Virus record (IMG/VR): IMGVR_UViG_3300033144_006256
Location: 20,645-84,644 of that record
DNA length: 64,000 nt
Source: a virus
Reading direction: 5' to 3' (one strand)
Position numbers and translations under genes: made by a program. Positions 48,795 to 58,916 of this stretch are shown one piece after another (position 1 is the first letter of the stretch; each line of letters begins with the position of its first letter). The notes under the pieces are model-generated. The model was not told the DNA's origin and made no database searches. It saw nothing but the letters and a program-made list of their open reading frames with translations.

Positions 48795-49856
48795 ATGAAG
48801 AAAGATAAAAATATTGTAGCAATATTTGGGACACGACCAGAAGTAATAAAGCTTTCCCCATTATTAAAAGCTGATAAAACTATCAAAACTATTTTTACAG
48901 GGCAACATACTGATTTAACAAAAAATATCTGTGATGAATTAAAAATAAGAATAGATAATGAATGTTGCATAAAAGAACCATATACATTAACAAGTTTAAT
49001 AGCTGATTTAGCCCCGCAATTAGAATGGCATTTTAATAAAATACTCCCAGATATAGTTATTGTTCAAGGTGATACGATATCTGCATATATAGGGGCATTA
49101 GTAGCTTGGATGAAAGGAATTGATGTAGCACACATAGAAGCAGGGTTAAGGACAGATACGCTTTACAGCCCATACCCAGAAGAATTTTTTAGGCGTTCAA
49201 TAGATACAATGGCGAAATATCAATTTGCCCCAACTAAAAGAGCATATAGAACTTTACAAAAAGAAAACGAACAGTTAAAAGATAAAAAGATTTTAATAAA
49301 TACAGGGAATACAATAGTTGATACAGTTAATATAGTAAAAAAACAAATATCAGATAGGAATAAAAAACAAGTTAAAGATATAAAATGTGAATATAAAAAT
49401 TTTGTTTTGACGACATTGCATAGAAAAGAAAATATACAAAATGGGATGAGTGATATTTTTGAAGCATTGAAAGAAATATCTAAAACAAAAAGAATAGTTA
49501 TGATAGAACACCCAACCCCTATTTTAAAAGAAATTACGAAAACATTAAAAGATTATATAACATTGATACCCCCAGTTGGTTATAGAAAAATGATAAAACT
49601 TATAGCACATTGTGATTGTATAATATCAGATAGCGGGGGATTATCAGAAGAAGCAGTTTGTTTAAAAAAACCAATACTGATTACAAGGACAGAAACAGAA
49701 AGAAAAGAAGTGATAAGATGTGGCATAGGATATTTAACAGGGACTAAAAAAGAAGATATAGTAAAAGCATTTAATAATATAAAAAAAATAACAAAGTTAA
49801 ATAATCCTTTTGGAGATGGGCAAGCATCACAAAAAATAATCAATAAGTTAAAATAA
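48795..49856 (+). CDS. wecB: UDP-N-acetylglucosamine 2-epimerase
   Basis: GTRPE.IK, TGQH, QGDT, HIEAGLR, PYPEE, GNT..D, HR.EN, DSGG..EEA, PFGDG. Confidence 0.95.
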   Translation: MKKDKNIVAIFGTRPEVIKLSPLLKADKTIKTIFTGQHTDLTKNICDELKIRIDNECCIKEPYTLTSLIADLAPQLEWHFNKILPDIVIVQGDTISAYIGALVAWMKGIDVAHIEAGLRTDTLYSPYPEEFFRRSIDTMAKYQFAPTKRAYRTLQKENEQLKDKKILINTGNTIVDTVNIVKKQISDRNKKQVKDIKCEYKNFVLTTLHRKENIQNGMSDIFEALKEISKTKRIVMIEHPTPILKEITKTLKDYITLIPPVGYRKMIKLIAHCDCIISDSGGLSEEAVCLKKPILITRTETERKEVIRCGIGYLTGTKKEDIVKAFNNIKKITKLNNPFGDGQASQKIINKLK

Positions 49857-50010
49857 TGAATATCCAAATATCAAAAAATATAGCAAAAAAAATATTAAAA
49901 ATATTAGAAATTGAAATACAATATAATGAAAACATATCAGATAAACAAGGACACCCATACACTAAAGAACTTAGAAAAATTTACAAAAATTTAAGCAGTA
50001 AATTAAAATA

Positions 50011-51090
50011 ATGGTAGATATAATTATTCCAGCATTAAACCAAATAGAATATACAAAGAAGTGTTTAATTTATTTAAAAACGAATACACATATTCCTTTT
50101 AGAATTATTTTTATAGATAATGCGTCAACTGATGGAACCTCTGAATTTGTTGAAAATTTTTGTAAAATGAATAATATTGGATTAAGATTGATTAAGAACA
50201 AGAAAAATGCAGGTGTCGCAAAATCTTGGAACCAAGGACTAAAAGTTTCTGATAGCAAATATATTGCAATAATAAATAATGATATTTTACCTTCCCCAAA
50301 CTGGTTAAAAAATATTATAAATGCAATGGAAAAAGATGAAAATATTTGGTGCGGTTGCCCAGTATTTACAGCAGGTGAAATGCCTGATAATTTTCCTGAT
50401 AATATACCATTGCCAAATAAGATAACAAAAGCGAATAAACTTACTGGCTTTTGTTTTGTTATAAGCAGAAAAGCGATAGAAAGTGTTGGAATGTTTGATG
50501 AACAGTTTAAAATAGGTTGGTATGAAGATAGTTGCCTATGGGCAAGGATAGTTATAGCAGGGCATCCACCGATGACGATACATAATAGTTATATACATCA
50601 TTTTGAAAGTATTACCATAAAAGCGTTTAAAGGGTTTAGCGAATATGCCAAAGAAAATGCAATTAAATTTAAAAGAAAATATGGCGGAGACAAAGAACAA
50701 ATATTATCAAAATTTAACAATGATATGATTATTATTAAAAATGGAAAAATTAAAGTTAAACCAGAGCAAATAGTTGAATTAAAAGAAGCATTTAAAATTT
50801 CAGTCCCGAATAATTTTACGCCAGAAATTAATACAAAAATTCCAGTAGGGGGATATAAATATTTTGATATTATACCAGATTGGGCGAGAAATAATATTCA
50901 TTATCTTGTAGAAAGAGTTAAAATAGAAAAAGAACCAAAGGAAGAAAAAAAAATTAAAAAACCCAAAAAAATAATCAGTAAAAAGCTAAAAACAAATGCA
51001 AGAAAAACTGTTCGTAGCAATACCATCAAAAAGCGATATGGTAGATCTAAAATTCGCAATAAGTCTAAAAGAACTTCAACTGCCAGATAA
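50011..51090 (+). CDS. Glycosyltransferase family 2 with basic C-terminal tail
   Basis: IDNASTDGT, WNQG, NND, GFCF, FDE.F, ED. Confidence 0.9.
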   Translation: MVDIIIPALNQIEYTKKCLIYLKTNTHIPFRIIFIDNASTDGTSEFVENFCKMNNIGLRLIKNKKNAGVAKSWNQGLKVSDSKYIAIINNDILPSPNWLKNIINAMEKDENIWCGCPVFTAGEMPDNFPDNIPLPNKITKANKLTGFCFVISRKAIESVGMFDEQFKIGWYEDSCLWARIVIAGHPPMTIHNSYIHHFESITIKAFKGFSEYAKENAIKFKRKYGGDKEQILSKFNNDMIIIKNGKIKVKPEQIVELKEAFKISVPNNFTPEINTKIPVGGYKYFDIIPDWARNNIHYLVERVKIEKEPKEEKKIKKPKKIISKKLKTNARKTVRSNTIKKRYGRSKIRNKSKRTSTAR

Positions 51091-51673
51091 TTCTATCATA
51101 TCAACAATACCAAGCGTTATGGTTCATACTTCAAGAAATATGCTTGTAAAAAGATTTTTAGAAAGCAATTGCGATAAACTATTGTTTTTAGATGTTGATG
51201 AAGTGTTTGAAAATGATTTAGCATTAAGATTATATGCAGATGATAAAGATATTGTAGGGGCGATGATATGTTCCAGAGTGCCAGAATATAAGCCTTGTAT
51301 AACAAAAAAAGTTGGTAATAAATTAACTTCTGTGTTCCCATATGAAAGAAAAATATTTGAAGTAGATACAATAGGGATGGGGGCAACTATGATTAAGCGT
51401 AAAGTATTTGAAAAAATGAAACCGCCATATTTCTATTTTAGCAATATGCGAGAGGGGATTGATACACCAGAAAATAATGTAGGGGAAGATATAAATTTCT
51501 GTTTAGATGCTGGGAAAGCTGGATTTAAAATATACTGTGATGCTTCATTAAACCCTTTACATATAGGGAATAAAGAAGAAACAGATTATCGCAGAGCAGT
51601 TATGTATAATTTAAGTGTTTTAGGTGAAAAAGGAGTTAATAAAATAATAGAAGGGTATTACAATGGAAAATAA
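50996..51673 (+). CDS. GT-A fold glycosyltransferase-like protein
   Basis: RN.LV, LFLDVD, G.G..MIKR.VF, GED..FC. Confidence 0.8.
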   Translation: MQEKLFVAIPSKSDMVDLKFAISLKELQLPDNSIISTIPSVMVHTSRNMLVKRFLESNCDKLLFLDVDEVFENDLALRLYADDKDIVGAMICSRVPEYKPCITKKVGNKLTSVFPYERKIFEVDTIGMGATMIKRKVFEKMKPPYFYFSNMREGIDTPENNVGEDINFCLDAGKAGFKIYCDASLNPLHIGNKEETDYRRAVMYNLSVLGEKGVNKIIEGYYNGK

Positions 51674-52301
51674 TGGCAATTTTAAAGAACTAATAGCAGT
51701 AGTTAAATTTAAAGATTATTTCAAAGAAGCATCCGATTTTCTTAAAGATGATAAAGTATTAAGCGATAAAGGATTTTCTGTTTCAGTCATAAATGAAAAT
51801 GCAAATCACGGGGTAGCTATGATCCATAAAAAACAAACATCAGGGTTGATGGTTAATGGTGTATTGGCACAATATGATGCAAAAGATATACCAGTAAAAG
51901 TTGCAATAGATAATATTCTAAAAACACTTGAAAAGTTGCAAGAAGCAAGGTGGCGTTTTGCTAGAACTGATGATATTGAATATATAAACATAGGAGTAAA
52001 AATTGAATACGAAATAAATGAAAATGAAAAAAAATTATTAAGATTGCCAAATAATATTGATGTTTGGATGTCGAAAATTGAATTTAAAGATAAATTTAAC
52101 CATACGATAGAATATAATTTACAAAAAAACAAATTATCAATATCAATGGATATAAACAGTAAAAATATTAAAGAAGCAACAATAAAAGATATTCTTCAAA
52201 AAGTTAATTCTTATGTATATAATCCAACTGATTTTTTGAAATGTTTAGGTGCTTCTATCTCTAATGATATACCAAGAGATTTGAGCTATATTATTAGCTA
52301 G
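51663..52301 (+). CDS. Hypothetical protein
   Basis: Overlapping ATG ORF within the island. Confidence 0.55.
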   Translation: MENNGNFKELIAVVKFKDYFKEASDFLKDDKVLSDKGFSVSVINENANHGVAMIHKKQTSGLMVNGVLAQYDAKDIPVKVAIDNILKTLEKLQEARWRFARTDDIEYINIGVKIEYEINENEKKLLRLPNNIDVWMSKIEFKDKFNHTIEYNLQKNKLSISMDINSKNIKEATIKDILQKVNSYVYNPTDFLKCLGASISNDIPRDLSYIIS

Positions 52302-52312
52302 AGAGGATAACT

Positions 52313-52474
52313 ATGGAAACTTTTACAGGAAAATTATTTATTATATTAAGTTCACTTGTAGCAGGTATTGCTGTTGCAACTTTATTCCCATCTTTAGTAG
52401 ATACTAATTGTTGGTGGTATGTAGGAACAGCTGCAGTGTTGGTCGCTGTTTCTTATGTAGTAGAAGCAAAATAA
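52313..52474 (+). CDS. 53-aa two-TM membrane peptide (not in ORF track)
   Basis: GAGAGGA RBS; METFTGKLFIILSSLVAGIAVATLF...VLVAVSYVVEAK. Confidence 0.55.
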   Translation: METFTGKLFIILSSLVAGIAVATLFPSLVDTNCWWYVGTAAVLVAVSYVVEAK

Positions 52475-52538
52475 ATTTCATATAGCTGGTTTAAATTTAT
52501 TTTAAGCCAGTCAATAAGCAATTTATAAAAGAAATAAA

Positions 52539-53234
52539 ATGCAAGATTTAGTTAGTATAATAATCCCGTCAAAATACAGGATAGATATTCTTAAGGAAAC
52601 ATTACAGCTAATAGAAGAAAACACCGCATACCCATATTACGAAATTATAACTGTTATAGATTATGATGATTATGAAACATACAAAATAGCAAGTGGTGGG
52701 ACAACAGTCAAAATAAACTATGGCAAATCCAAATATGTTGGCTGCATTAACAGTGGAGCAATATCTGCAAAAGGTAAATATGTAGTATTCTTAGCAGATG
52801 ATGTATTTGTAAAAACAGGATGGCTCTCAGAAGCGATGTATACGATGAACCATTTATTAAAAGGGGTTGGATTAGTCAAATTTTATGATATAGATAAAGA
52901 AAAACATTCTTCTTATGGGTTAGCTGAAAAAGAATTTGCTTATAAATTAAATAATAATAATTTGCTCCCTGACGATTACTATCAATACAATGCTGATGTT
53001 GCATTCCAAATAAAAGCAAGAAAAGCGAAAAAGTATATAGTATGCAAAAGGGCTAGAATAAGGCATTTACATAGTTATATGAAAAATGAAGATAAAACAA
53101 ACCAAAACGCTAAAAGATTATTCCCAAGAGACACAAGGAAACTAAAACAGTTCATAAACGCAACTTGCAAAACATACAATGGAAAAGAAAAGTATGATAT
53201 AGATAAAAGCAATGTATATGGGTATGGTAGATAA
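52539..53234 (+). CDS. Glycosyltransferase family 2
   Basis: VSIIIP, N.G, FLADD, GWL. Confidence 0.8.
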   Translation: MQDLVSIIIPSKYRIDILKETLQLIEENTAYPYYEIITVIDYDDYETYKIASGGTTVKINYGKSKYVGCINSGAISAKGKYVVFLADDVFVKTGWLSEAMYTMNHLLKGVGLVKFYDIDKEKHSSYGLAEKEFAYKLNNNNLLPDDYYQYNADVAFQIKARKAKKYIVCKRARIRHLHSYMKNEDKTNQNAKRLFPRDTRKLKQFINATCKTYNGKEKYDIDKSNVYGYGR

Positions 53235-53946
53235 ACGATTAGTATTTACTATAACATCAGGACGGTCTGGGACAATGTTGCTTTCAAAATTGCTTAATAT
53301 ATGCCCAAATGTTAATGCGAAACACGAACCAGAACCAACTTTTTCAGACGCTTATTACTATAAACGTGATTTTAAAGAATTTCTACTAGAAGAAAAATTG
53401 CCAAAAATGTTAAAAAGCGAAGAAAAAATTTATATAGAAACATCGCATATATTTTGCAAATGGTTTTTAAAGCCAGCAGTTAAATTAAAAATACCATTTG
53501 ATTTAATATATCTTAAAAGGGATGACAGAAAAACAGCATTATCGTTTTATCAATTAAACGATATACCAGATAGAACAGAAACAGGCAAAAATTGGCTTTT
53601 AAAATCAAAAGATACGCCGAAAGAATGGAGCGATTATCAAATGTGCTATTGGTATGTATTAGAAATGAAAAAAATAGCTAATAATATACTTAAAAAATAT
53701 GGCAGTAAAAAGAAAATAATAACAATATCATTAAAGCAACTGCTTGTTTGGAATAGCTTTAAAAATTTTCTTAATCAATTAAATGTAGAAATTCCAAATA
53801 AAAAAGAATACGAAAAAATTATCAAAAAAAAGTGGAATATTAAAGAAAAAAGAAAAGAAGAAAAACAGCCCTGTGATATAAACAAAGAAGAATATGGGGT
53901 AAATATATGGTTTAATAATAAAAACGCCTTAGAATATAATAAGTAA
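53212..53946 (+). CDS. Sulfotransferase-like P-loop protein
   Basis: GRSGT..L..LL, HEP.P, L.R....ALS. Confidence 0.75.
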   Translation: MYMGMVDKRLVFTITSGRSGTMLLSKLLNICPNVNAKHEPEPTFSDAYYYKRDFKEFLLEEKLPKMLKSEEKIYIETSHIFCKWFLKPAVKLKIPFDLIYLKRDDRKTALSFYQLNDIPDRTETGKNWLLKSKDTPKEWSDYQMCYWYVLEMKKIANNILKKYGSKKKIITISLKQLLVWNSFKNFLNQLNVEIPNKKEYEKIIKKKWNIKEKRKEEKQPCDINKEEYGVNIWFNNKNALEYNK

Positions 53947-53955
53947 GATAAAATT

Positions 53956-55227
53956 ATGAAAAAAGTAGCAATATTAACAACTTTCCTTGAATACGATGCA
54001 GCATATTCGTTAATCAATGTTGTGTCAGACCAAGTCAAAATGTTGTTGATGCACAATTATAGCCCAACAGTTATAGTTTGTGAATCATTCAACCCTGAAA
54101 ATGCAGGAGTATTTTCAGATGAAAGAGTAACGATTAAAAAGATACCAAACTTTCCATTAGATAATTCTGGGAATTTTGATAATTTTGATGAAATAGTAAA
54201 TGGGATAAAAACTCCTTTGTTTGAAATATTGAAGGATACAGATGTTTGTATAACACACGATATAGTATATCAATGGGCTCATCTACCGCATAATCAAGCA
54301 TCAAGATTAGTAGCAAAGGAACTGCCAAATATAAAATGGTTACATTGGATACATTCTTGCCCAGATGAACCACAGAAATTTGATAATTATAAAGCACTTA
54401 GATACCAAAGATTCCCAAATAGTTTTTATGTTTACCCAAATTCATTAGATACTCCAAGAGTTATGAAAATGTTTGATTTAGAAGAAACTGATGTAAAAGA
54501 AGTTAATCATCCAATAGACGTATGTGAATATTTAGGGTTTCAAGAAATAACAAAAAAATTAGTGGCAGATAAAAATATGCTTGAAGCTGATGTTATCGGG
54601 ATATATCCGCTAAGAATGGATAGAGGGAAGCAACCAGAAAAAGTGATAAAAACATTTGGGGCATTAAAAAAAATAGGGTTATCTGTAAGATTAGTTATTT
54701 GTAATTTTCACGGAACAGGTGAACCATTTGTTAGTTTTAAGAATGAATGTAAACAGATAGGGGTTGATTGGGGATTGAATGATAATGATTTAACATTTAC
54801 ATCCGAATTTGATGATTCAACACACGTCCGATGTCCGCGTGAAATGGTAAGGGATTTATTACTTCTTTCAAATGTGTTTATACAATCATCAACGTCTGAA
54901 ACATATTCATTAGTAGTGCAAGAAGCAGCGTTATGTGGCAATATATTAGTATTGAACCAAGATTTTCCTCCTATGCGACAGATTTATGGTGATAAACCGA
55001 TTTATAAGCCATTTAGTTCTAATATAAATGCTTTGACACACGGATTTGGGACAACTACAACTGATGTAGGGAATGAAAAAGAATTTTATGAAGGAATAGC
55101 AAAACATATAAGATATTATTTAAGTTATGATAAAGCGATTGCAATGAAAACTAAAATAAGAAAAGAAAGAAACTTAAAAACTGTTTTTAGAAAACAGCTA
55201 GAACCATTATTATATGCTAACAGCTAA
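53956..55227 (+). CDS. GT-B glycosyltransferase (family 4-like)
   Basis: R...K, ETYSL..QEA, LN.DFP.M. Confidence 0.8.
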   Translation: MKKVAILTTFLEYDAAYSLINVVSDQVKMLLMHNYSPTVIVCESFNPENAGVFSDERVTIKKIPNFPLDNSGNFDNFDEIVNGIKTPLFEILKDTDVCITHDIVYQWAHLPHNQASRLVAKELPNIKWLHWIHSCPDEPQKFDNYKALRYQRFPNSFYVYPNSLDTPRVMKMFDLEETDVKEVNHPIDVCEYLGFQEITKKLVADKNMLEADVIGIYPLRMDRGKQPEKVIKTFGALKKIGLSVRLVICNFHGTGEPFVSFKNECKQIGVDWGLNDNDLTFTSEFDDSTHVRCPREMVRDLLLLSNVFIQSSTSETYSLVVQEAALCGNILVLNQDFPPMRQIYGDKPIYKPFSSNINALTHGFGTTTTDVGNEKEFYEGIAKHIRYYLSYDKAIAMKTKIRKERNLKTVFRKQLEPLLYANS

Positions 55228-55921
55228 ATTTACAGTAATAATTCCAACATTAAATAGATCTGAATATTTTTTGCCACGAGCAATAAATAGCGTGTTAGCA
55301 CAAACATTCCAAGATTTTGAGATTCTTGTTGTGGATGATGGTGGGAAAGATAAGTGTGAAGAAGTATGTAAAAGTTTTAATGATGATAGGATTAAGTATA
55401 TAAAGAAAGCTGGGTTTAATAGATGCGGAGCAAGAAACGAAGGGTTAAGAAATGCGACTGGCGAATGGATATGTACACTTGACGATGATGATTGTTACTC
55501 CCCTGTTTTTCTTGAAGCATTTAATAAAGCAATAATCAAATATCCAGATTATAAAGTATTTAATAGCGGTTTTATACAGGTGCATAGAAATTACGGAGTT
55601 ACTGTTAAACCAGCAAAAGAATTCAAGCCACAAGAAGTTTTTCCATCTGGGACGATAACAAGTGGAGCATTTATTTTTAAAAGGGAAATTCTTGAAGATG
55701 TAGGGTATATGCCAGAAGATTTAAACCTTTGGAAATTGGCTGCGTGGGCAAAAGAAAAATACCCAGAGATAGCACCTTTATTTCCGAATGGTAAAGAATT
55801 AGGGAACCCTTGGGGGGATGATTATTTAGAATTTTATATGATAACTAGAAAGTATAATTCCAAGTGTTTAAACACAGCCCTTTATATATATTGTGGGAAA
55901 CACGGGAATGATTGGAGCTAA
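55214..55921 (+). CDS. Glycosyltransferase family 2
   Basis: VIIPT.NR, SVLAQT..DFE..VVDDG, ARN.G, LDDDD. Confidence 0.92.
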   Translation: MLTAKFTVIIPTLNRSEYFLPRAINSVLAQTFQDFEILVVDDGGKDKCEEVCKSFNDDRIKYIKKAGFNRCGARNEGLRNATGEWICTLDDDDCYSPVFLEAFNKAIIKYPDYKVFNSGFIQVHRNYGVTVKPAKEFKPQEVFPSGTITSGAFIFKREILEDVGYMPEDLNLWKLAAWAKEKYPEIAPLFPNGKELGNPWGDDYLEFYMITRKYNSKCLNTALYIYCGKHGNDWS

Positions 55922-56681
55922 TATGGATATTGCAATAACAACATTCCAGAGAAAATTTTTTACTAAATTTACCATTGATGGAATAGTAGAAAGAACTAAA
56001 ACGCCTTATAGGATACTTGTTTTTGATAATGGTTCAACTGACGGCACAGTAGAAATGCTAAAAGAATATAAAGAAAAAGGGATAATTAGCGAATTGATAT
56101 TATCAGAAAAAAATATAGGGTTAGAACCAGCAAAAAATAAATTATTAGAACTTGTCAAAAGTGAATATTTTGTTAGCACAGATAACGATATTATCCCACA
56201 AAATTCAAATCCAGATTGGCTACAACAATTGTTAACACTTATAAAAGAAAACCCAGAATATGCGGCGATAGCTTGCAGAATGCAGATAATGGTAGGGACA
56301 GGTAATATCTTTGATGAAAAAACTCCTATAAAAGAATTTCCACATCCAGGCGGTTCATTTAGAATAATGAAAACTGATTTGGTAAGAAAAGTTGGCGGAT
56401 GGCGTAATGAATTTTTAAATGGGCGTGGTTCAGAAGAAAGATGTATTTGTGGCAAGTTAAAAAAAGAAGGGTATAAAACAGGGTATGCACAATTTATACG
56501 ATGTTATCATCTTTTTGCTATTAATTGGGGATATGGAGATATGAAACCAGAAGAACACGGGCATAACCCTATATGGCCGCCTTCAGAAAGATATGATAGG
56601 CGTGTAGATTTTAACACGCTTATTCCAAAAGATAATGGTGATTTTGATTGGAAAAGCATATTAAATGAAAATAATAAATAA
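55893..56681 (+). CDS. Glycosyltransferase family 2
   Basis: DNGSTDGT, N.G, TDND; the true start is probably slightly downstream. Confidence 0.9.
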   Translation: MGNTGMIGANMDIAITTFQRKFFTKFTIDGIVERTKTPYRILVFDNGSTDGTVEMLKEYKEKGIISELILSEKNIGLEPAKNKLLELVKSEYFVSTDNDIIPQNSNPDWLQQLLTLIKENPEYAAIACRMQIMVGTGNIFDEKTPIKEFPHPGGSFRIMKTDLVRKVGGWRNEFLNGRGSEERCICGKLKKEGYKTGYAQFIRCYHLFAINWGYGDMKPEEHGHNPIWPPSERYDRRVDFNTLIPKDNGDFDWKSILNENNK

Positions 56682-57249
56682 TATTAAGGATAATAAAATG
56701 CACATAACACGAGAAGTTTTATATGATAAAATAAAAGAATTCTTTAAAACCCCGCGTTCGGGGAAAGTTCTTGCAATCAGCGGGGCGGGGGCTATATGGG
56801 ATATGTTTGATAAAGCTAATTCAGAACTTGTTGAAGTAAAATTCCCAGATACAGATATTCAAAATTTACCATATTCTGATAATGAATTTGATTATATTAT
56901 ATCAGACCAAGTGTTAGAACATATAGAAAATCCTTTTAAGGCAATAGATGAATGTTACAGAGTGCTAAAACCTGGTGGTTGGGTAATACATACTACTTGT
57001 TTTATGAATGAAGAACATTGTAAGAGTTGGGGGGTTAAAGATTATGGGGATTATTGGAGATTTACCCCTGCTTGCTTAAGAATGTTACATAAAAATTATA
57101 GTAATATTTGGACTTGTGATGGATGGGGCAATCGTGAAGCATTAAAACTTATTTTCGCAGGAAAACGATGGGAAGTTGCACCAAGAGAAGTGATAAAAAT
57201 AAACGAAAGGCAATATGCAATAACAACTTGGATTGTTGCACAAAAGTAA
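56665..57249 (+). CDS. SAM-dependent methyltransferase (type 11-like)
   Basis: LPY.D..FD, QVLEH, RVLKPGG, DYWRFT. Confidence 0.85.
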   Translation: MKIINNIKDNKMHITREVLYDKIKEFFKTPRSGKVLAISGAGAIWDMFDKANSELVEVKFPDTDIQNLPYSDNEFDYIISDQVLEHIENPFKAIDECYRVLKPGGWVIHTTCFMNEEHCKSWGVKDYGDYWRFTPACLRMLHKNYSNIWTCDGWGNREALKLIFAGKRWEVAPREVIKINERQYAITTWIVAQK

Positions 57250-57251
57250 TT

Positions 57252-57752
57252 ATGGAAAGTAAAATACCATTTAATTTTAAAAAAAGAGAAGATATACCAC
57301 TTAGTTTAGCATTGGGGTGCGGAAAATCTTATTGGGAAAATCATATCAATATTGATATAAGGGATTTACCAAATGTTGACTTAGTGTGTGATGTAAGAGA
57401 TTTGCCATATGATGATAACTATGTAGATAATATCACTGCGTTAGATGTAGTAGAACATTTAGGAACACACGAATGGCGTGGGGTATTAAAACATTGGGTA
57501 GATAAATTAAAAAAAGGAGGACGTTTACATTTCCGTGTCCCAGATATAAGGAACGCAGTAGAAATACACAAAGATAATGATGATTATTTAATTAGATTAT
57601 TATTTGGGGCTCAAGATTATCCAGAGAATTTACATAAAACAGGTTTTACAAAAAAAATATTAGAAAAAGAATTACCTTTAATGGGATTAAAAATAAATAA
57701 ATTAGCATATAGTGGTGGTGGGAATTTAACAGCAGATTGTATAAAATTATGA
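57252..57752 (+). CDS. SAM-dependent methyltransferase (type 11-like)
   Basis: LGCG, NID, D..EH, LK.GG....VPD. Confidence 0.85.
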   Translation: MESKIPFNFKKREDIPLSLALGCGKSYWENHINIDIRDLPNVDLVCDVRDLPYDDNYVDNITALDVVEHLGTHEWRGVLKHWVDKLKKGGRLHFRVPDIRNAVEIHKDNDDYLIRLLFGAQDYPENLHKTGFTKKILEKELPLMGLKINKLAYSGGGNLTADCIKL

Positions 57753-58366
57753 ACGATCCAATATTAGTATTAGGAGCGGGGAGGAGCGGGACAAGTGCAG
57801 TAGCAGGGATACTTCATAATGCAGGTGTATTTATGGGGGAAACATTTATTATACAAAACAGAAATAATCCAAAAGGTTATTTTGAAGATAGGGAATTCTT
57901 AGATTTCCATACTGGGCGGAATAAACTAAAACAATATTCTAAGGAATGGGTAGATGCATTGGAAACCCTTATAAAAAAACGGCAAGCATTAGGTAAAAAA
58001 TGGGGGTTTAAAGACCCACGCACATTATATTTTTTAGAATTTTATTTTAAACAATTCAAAAATCCAAAAATAATAAGATGTATGCGACCGCTTCGTGACA
58101 TTTATATTAGTATGTTAAAAACACGAGGAAATAAAATTGAAGATATAACAGAAGAAATGATAAACAATATGAACCATAATCTATTTATAGGAAGAAATAA
58201 TTTACTAGATGAAATACCAAAAAATAGGAAAGTATTAGATGTATGGTTTGATGATTTAATAAAAAATGATACAAGCAATCAAATAGATAGAATACTTGAA
58301 TATTGCGATATACAAGTAGATAGTAAAACAAAAGATAAATTAAATAATTTTATAAATTATGAGTGA
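57749..58366 (+). CDS. Sulfotransferase family protein
   Basis: G.GRSGTS, NPKGYFED, WGFKDPR, RP......S. Confidence 0.85.
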   Translation: MNDPILVLGAGRSGTSAVAGILHNAGVFMGETFIIQNRNNPKGYFEDREFLDFHTGRNKLKQYSKEWVDALETLIKKRQALGKKWGFKDPRTLYFLEFYFKQFKNPKIIRCMRPLRDIYISMLKTRGNKIEDITEEMINNMNHNLFIGRNNLLDEIPKNRKVLDVWFDDLIKNDTSNQIDRILEYCDIQVDSKTKDKLNNFINYE

Positions 58367-58916
58367 GCGGTATCCAATAAAAAAAGTTAATTTAGAAGAT
58401 GGTGCTAGCAGTGCTCATTTATGGCGTTATTTTAATGCAAGTGGGTTTGTATTTAATGATGATATTGTATTAGATTTGGGATGTGGCAATGGGTATGGTT
58501 CAAAAATACTTTCTAAAAATGCAAAACAAGTTATAGGATATGATTATTGCCAAGATATAATAAATTCTGCAAAAAATACTTTTAGAAAAGATAATATAGA
58601 ATTTATATGTAACAATTTAGATGAAATAGAATTGCCTGAATGTGATTTGACTGTTTGCCTTGAATGCTTAGAACACGTCAGTAATCCAAACACATTAGCA
58701 GAAAAAATAAAAAAAGCTACTAAAAGAACAATTATTATATCAGTTCCAGTCATACCAACTGTTGGTATAAATCCTTTCCACAAAACTGATTTTAACGAAA
58801 AAACTTTGACGGGATTATTCAACGATGATAATTGGAAGTTTCGTTTCAAATATCCACAAGGGGTAAATTCAACATTTGTTTTTTGGAATAATAAACTAGA
58901 AAAATTTGAATTATGA
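58359..58916 (+). CDS. Class I SAM-dependent methyltransferase
   Basis: H..RY, VLDLGCG.GYG, E.LEH, NPFH. Confidence 0.9.
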   Translation: MSERYPIKKVNLEDGASSAHLWRYFNASGFVFNDDIVLDLGCGNGYGSKILSKNAKQVIGYDYCQDIINSAKNTFRKDNIEFICNNLDEIELPECDLTVCLECLEHVSNPNTLAEKIKKATKRTIIISVPVIPTVGINPFHKTDFNEKTLTGLFNDDNWKFRFKYPQGVNSTFVFWNNKLEKFEL

